Shown here: positions 61,668-64,000 of the stretch, piece after piece
Layout of the letters: every line of letters starts with the position of its first letter
How positions within the stretch are numbered: the stretch's first letter is position 1
Origin: an uncultured Bacillota bacterium
Lineage (GTDB): Bacteria > Bacillota_I > Bacilli_A > RFN20 > CAG-826
Reading direction: 5' to 3'
Length of the DNA stretch: 64,000 nucleotides
NCBI GenBank assembly: GCA_949289845.1
Contig: CASEPN010000003.1
Location: 77,558 to 141,557, forward strand
The notes under the pieces: generated by a model
Databases searched by the model: none
Seen by the model: only the letters and a program-made list of their open reading frames with translations
What the model was told of the DNA's origin: nothing
Position numbers and translations under genes: made by a program

Positions 61668-62369
61668 ATGGAAGACACGAAGATTTCCGCCCCCGTCGAG
61701 AACGGGGAGCAGCCCTCCCAGGACCGCCGTCCCACGGGGAACCCGAACTACGAGCCCCGCGGATCCCGCGCCGCCGCCCGCCCGGGCGACCGGAAGTACG
61801 GGGACCGCAAGGGCCGTCCCGGCGAAAGGCGCGGAGGCCGCGGAGGCTTCCGGCGCGAGGACGACGAGTTCAAGGACAGGGTCGTCGACATCAACCGCAT
61901 CTCCCGCACGGAGAGCGGCGGACGCCACATCCGCTTCGACACCCTCGTCGTCGTGGGCGACCAGAAGGGCCACTACGGCTTCGCCCTCCGGAAGTCCGGG
62001 GAAGTGCCCGACGCCATCAAGAAGGCGATCGTCCAGGCCAAGAAGAAGCTCTACCTCATCCGCATCCGCAAGGGCACCATCGCCCACCGCGTCGTCGGCC
62101 GCTTCGAGAAGACGACCGTCGTCCTCCGTCCCGCGCCCGAGGGCACGGGCATCGTCGGCGGCGGCGCCACCCGCGCGATCCTCGAGCTCGCCGGGGTCCG
62201 CAACGTCGTCTGCAAGGTCCTGGGGAGCCGGACGCCCATCAACGTCGTCCGCGCCACCCACGACGCCCTCCTCCAGCTCAAGGACTACAAGACCGTGATG
62301 GTTCTCCGCGGGCTAAGGAAGGAGGAGGAGGCCCCGAAGGCCTCGGAAGGAGAGAAGCAGAATGGCTAA
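61668..62369 (+). CDS. rpsE: 30S ribosomal protein S5 with ~70-aa Arg/Gly-rich N-terminal extension
   Basis: Start MEDTKISAP after AAGGAG. Same frame as the artefactual long track ORF 60981..62369. Confidence 0.9.
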   Translation: MEDTKISAPVENGEQPSQDRRPTGNPNYEPRGSRAAARPGDRKYGDRKGRPGERRGGRGGFRREDDEFKDRVVDINRISRTESGGRHIRFDTLVVVGDQKGHYGFALRKSGEVPDAIKKAIVQAKKKLYLIRIRKGTIAHRVVGRFEKTTVVLRPAPEGTGIVGGGATRAILELAGVRNVVCKVLGSRTPINVVRATHDALLQLKDYKTVMVLRGLRKEEEAPKASEGEKQNG

Positions 62370-62808
62370 GAACCTCCACTCCCTCGTGGCGATGCCCGGC
62401 TCCAAGACCGAGCACTTCCGCAAGGGCCAGGGCCGCGGGACCGGAAACGGCAAGACCGCCGGGCGCGGCCAGAAGGGCCAGGGCGCCCACAGCCACACCA
62501 AGAAGCGCGGCTTCGAGGGCGGGCAGATGCCCCTCATCCGCCGCATCCCGAAGTTCGGCTTCAAGAACGTGAACCGCCGCTCCTTCGCCCCCGTCAACCT
62601 CGAGGACCTGAACCGCTTCGAGGACGGGACGGAGGTCACCCCGGCCCTCCTCATGGAGACGGGGATGGTGAAAGACGCCCGCGATGGGATTAAAATCCTC
62701 GGCCGTGGGACGCTTGAGCGGAAGCTCAAGGTGAGCGCCCACGCCTTCTCCTCCTCCGCGAAAGCGTCGATCGAGGGGAAGGGCGGCACCGCCGAGGTCA
62801 TCCAGTAA
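62362..62808 (+). CDS. rplO: 50S ribosomal protein L15
   Basis: Follows rpsE directly; no rpmD (L30) gene in between. Confidence 0.9.
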   Translation: MAKNLHSLVAMPGSKTEHFRKGQGRGTGNGKTAGRGQKGQGAHSHTKKRGFEGGQMPLIRRIPKFGFKNVNRRSFAPVNLEDLNRFEDGTEVTPALLMETGMVKDARDGIKILGRGTLERKLKVSAHAFSSSAKASIEGKGGTAEVIQ

Positions 62809-64000
62809 TGAAAAAGCTCGCTTCGATCTTCAAGAACAAGGAAATCGTCAATCGGATCTTCTTCACGATAATGGTTCTCTTCGTCATCCGGATCGGAGCG
62901 GCCATCACCGTGCCGGGAGTCACCGTCTCCCAGGAGCTGAACGATCTGATGAACTCGGGGAACTCCCTCGCCCTCATGGATCTCCTCGGGGGCGGGGCGC
63001 TCTCCAACTTCTCGATCTTCGCCCTGGGGGTGAGCCCCTACATCACCTCGCAGATCATCATCCAGCTGCTCTCGAAGAACGTCCTGCCCGCGCTCACCGA
63101 GCTATCCAAGCAAGGCGAGCAGGGGCGGAAGAAGATCGAGATGGCGACCCGCTACCTGACGCTCCTCCTGGGCGCGGTCCAGGCCTACGGGATCATCCGG
63201 ACGATGATCAACAGCTCCTACATCTCCCTTAACCTGGACGACAACTTCGGGACTTACGTCTACATCATCGCCGTCCTCCTCGGAGGCGCGATGCTGACGA
63301 TGTGGCTGGGCGACCAGATCACGGAGAAGGGTCTCGGGAACGGAATCTCGATGATCATCTTCGCCGGCTGCGTCCGCTCGCTCCCGACCCAGATCACCAC
63401 CGCCTGGGACAAGTGGATCACGGGGAACGTGGCCCATGGCTCCGGCGAGATGGTGACGGGCGCCTTCCAGTTCGCGATCTACATCCTCGCCTTCCTCCTC
63501 ATCATCGGCTTCGTGGTCTTCATCGAGACTTCCCGCAGGAAGATCCCGGTGCAGAACGCCGGGAAGGGCAGGGCGACGAGCTCGATGGCAAGGGCCAGCT
63601 ACCTTCCCATCAAGCTGAACAGCGCCGGCGTCATCCCGGTCATCTTCGCGGCCTCATTGATGTCCGCCCCGGCGATCGTCGCCGGCTTCATCAGCCAGGA
63701 GGCGGCGGAGGCCGAGTGGCTCCAGATCTTCAACTACAACCAGACGTTCACGATGCCCTGGTTCGACGGGAGCCACTGGGAGATGAACTGGGGGCTCTTC
63801 ATCTACCTGGCGCTCATCATCGCCTTCAGCTTCTTCTACGCGCAGATGTCGATCGACCCGGAGAAGCTCGCCGACAACTTCCAGAAGAACGGCTCCTACA
63901 TCCCGGGCGTCCGCCCGGGGAAGGAGACGGAGCGCTACGTGGGCAAGGTGCTCAACCGGGTGACCTTCATGGGGTCGCTCGCCCTCGCCCTCATCGCCGC
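62808..64000 (+). CDS. secY: preprotein translocase subunit SecY (3'-truncated by window edge)
   Basis: [20 protein letters not shown]...; ATG overlaps the rplO stop (TAATG). Start coordinate is within ±1 nt; open to the window end. Confidence 0.88.
   Translation, partial: MKKLASIFKNKEIVNRIFFTIMVLFVIRIGAAITVPGVTVSQELNDLMNSGNSLALMDLLGGGALSNFSIFALGVSPYITSQIIIQLLSKNVLPALTELSKQGEQGRKKIEMATRYLTLLLGAVQAYGIIRTMINSSYISLNLDDNFGTYVYIIAVLLGGAMLTMWLGDQITEKGLGNGISMIIFAGCVRSLPTQITTAWDKWITGNVAHGSGEMVTGAFQFAIYILAFLLIIGFVVFIETSRRKIPVQNAGKGRATSSMARASYLPIKLNSAGVIPVIFAASLMSAPAIVAGFISQEAAEAEWLQIFNYNQTFTMPWFDGSHWEMNWGLFIYLALIIAFSFFYAQMSIDPEKLADNFQKNGSYIPGVRPGKETERYVGKVLNRVTFMGSLALALIA

Noticed and set aside
60981-62369. 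462-aa ORF in the track spanning rplF/rplR/rpsE
   Set aside because: Only the last 233 codons (from ATG 61668) are S5. The upstream part is the same frame open by chance across L6/L18, which are encoded in another frame.
62758-62811. Apparent 1-nt disagreement between my manual base count and the ORF-track coordinates around the rplO/secY junction
   Set aside because: Most likely my own counting error over a long line. Track coordinates are used, and the secY start is given as ±1 nt.

Overview
GC-rich bacterial chromosomal segment, densely coding and almost entirely core/housekeeping, with Bacillota-like gene order. In order along the window: (1) a 5'-truncated Orn/Lys/Arg-decarboxylase–agmatine deiminase fusion plus aguB (arginine to putrescine), then a lipoprotein 5'-nucleotidase, patatin, an RluA-family pseudouridine synthase and a 1119-aa YfhO-family membrane protein. 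(2) A minus-strand block tmk–holB–ricT(yaaT)–rsmI and recR–ybaB–dnaX. (3) prfA–prmC–tsaC–rpiB. (4) comFA–comFC–secA–prfB, where prfB carries the classic CTT TGA C +1 frameshift. (5) yitT–uvrB–HAD hydrolase; secG; folD translationally coupled to a divergent ThyX-like ORF. (6) An M29 aminopeptidase, a Y-family polymerase/YolD pair, rmuC and a lone tRNA-Ala(CGC). (7) An anaerobic RNR module: nrdG, a thioredoxin-reductase-like flavoprotein, and nrdD with a fused C-terminal NrdH/glutaredoxin-like domain. (8) A ~600-bp AT-rich non-coding island. (9) An mscL variant with a large loop insertion, a PTP–Nudix fusion, a RimK-like ligase, nadE, a GtrA-like protein, an HI0933-type flavoprotein and prs. (10) A queT–tgt–queA–queH queuosine cluster behind a preQ1-I riboswitch candidate. 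(11) The S10/spc ribosomal cluster rpsJ to secY, with no rpmD and several r-proteins carrying low-complexity extensions. No CRISPR array, transposase, integrase or phage genes were seen. Many long out-of-frame or antisense ORFs in the six-frame track are GC-driven artefacts. The best candidates for something new are the ThyX-like paralog with a degenerate RHRX7S motif next to folD, the self-contained thioredoxin-type class III RNR module, and the AT-rich island.
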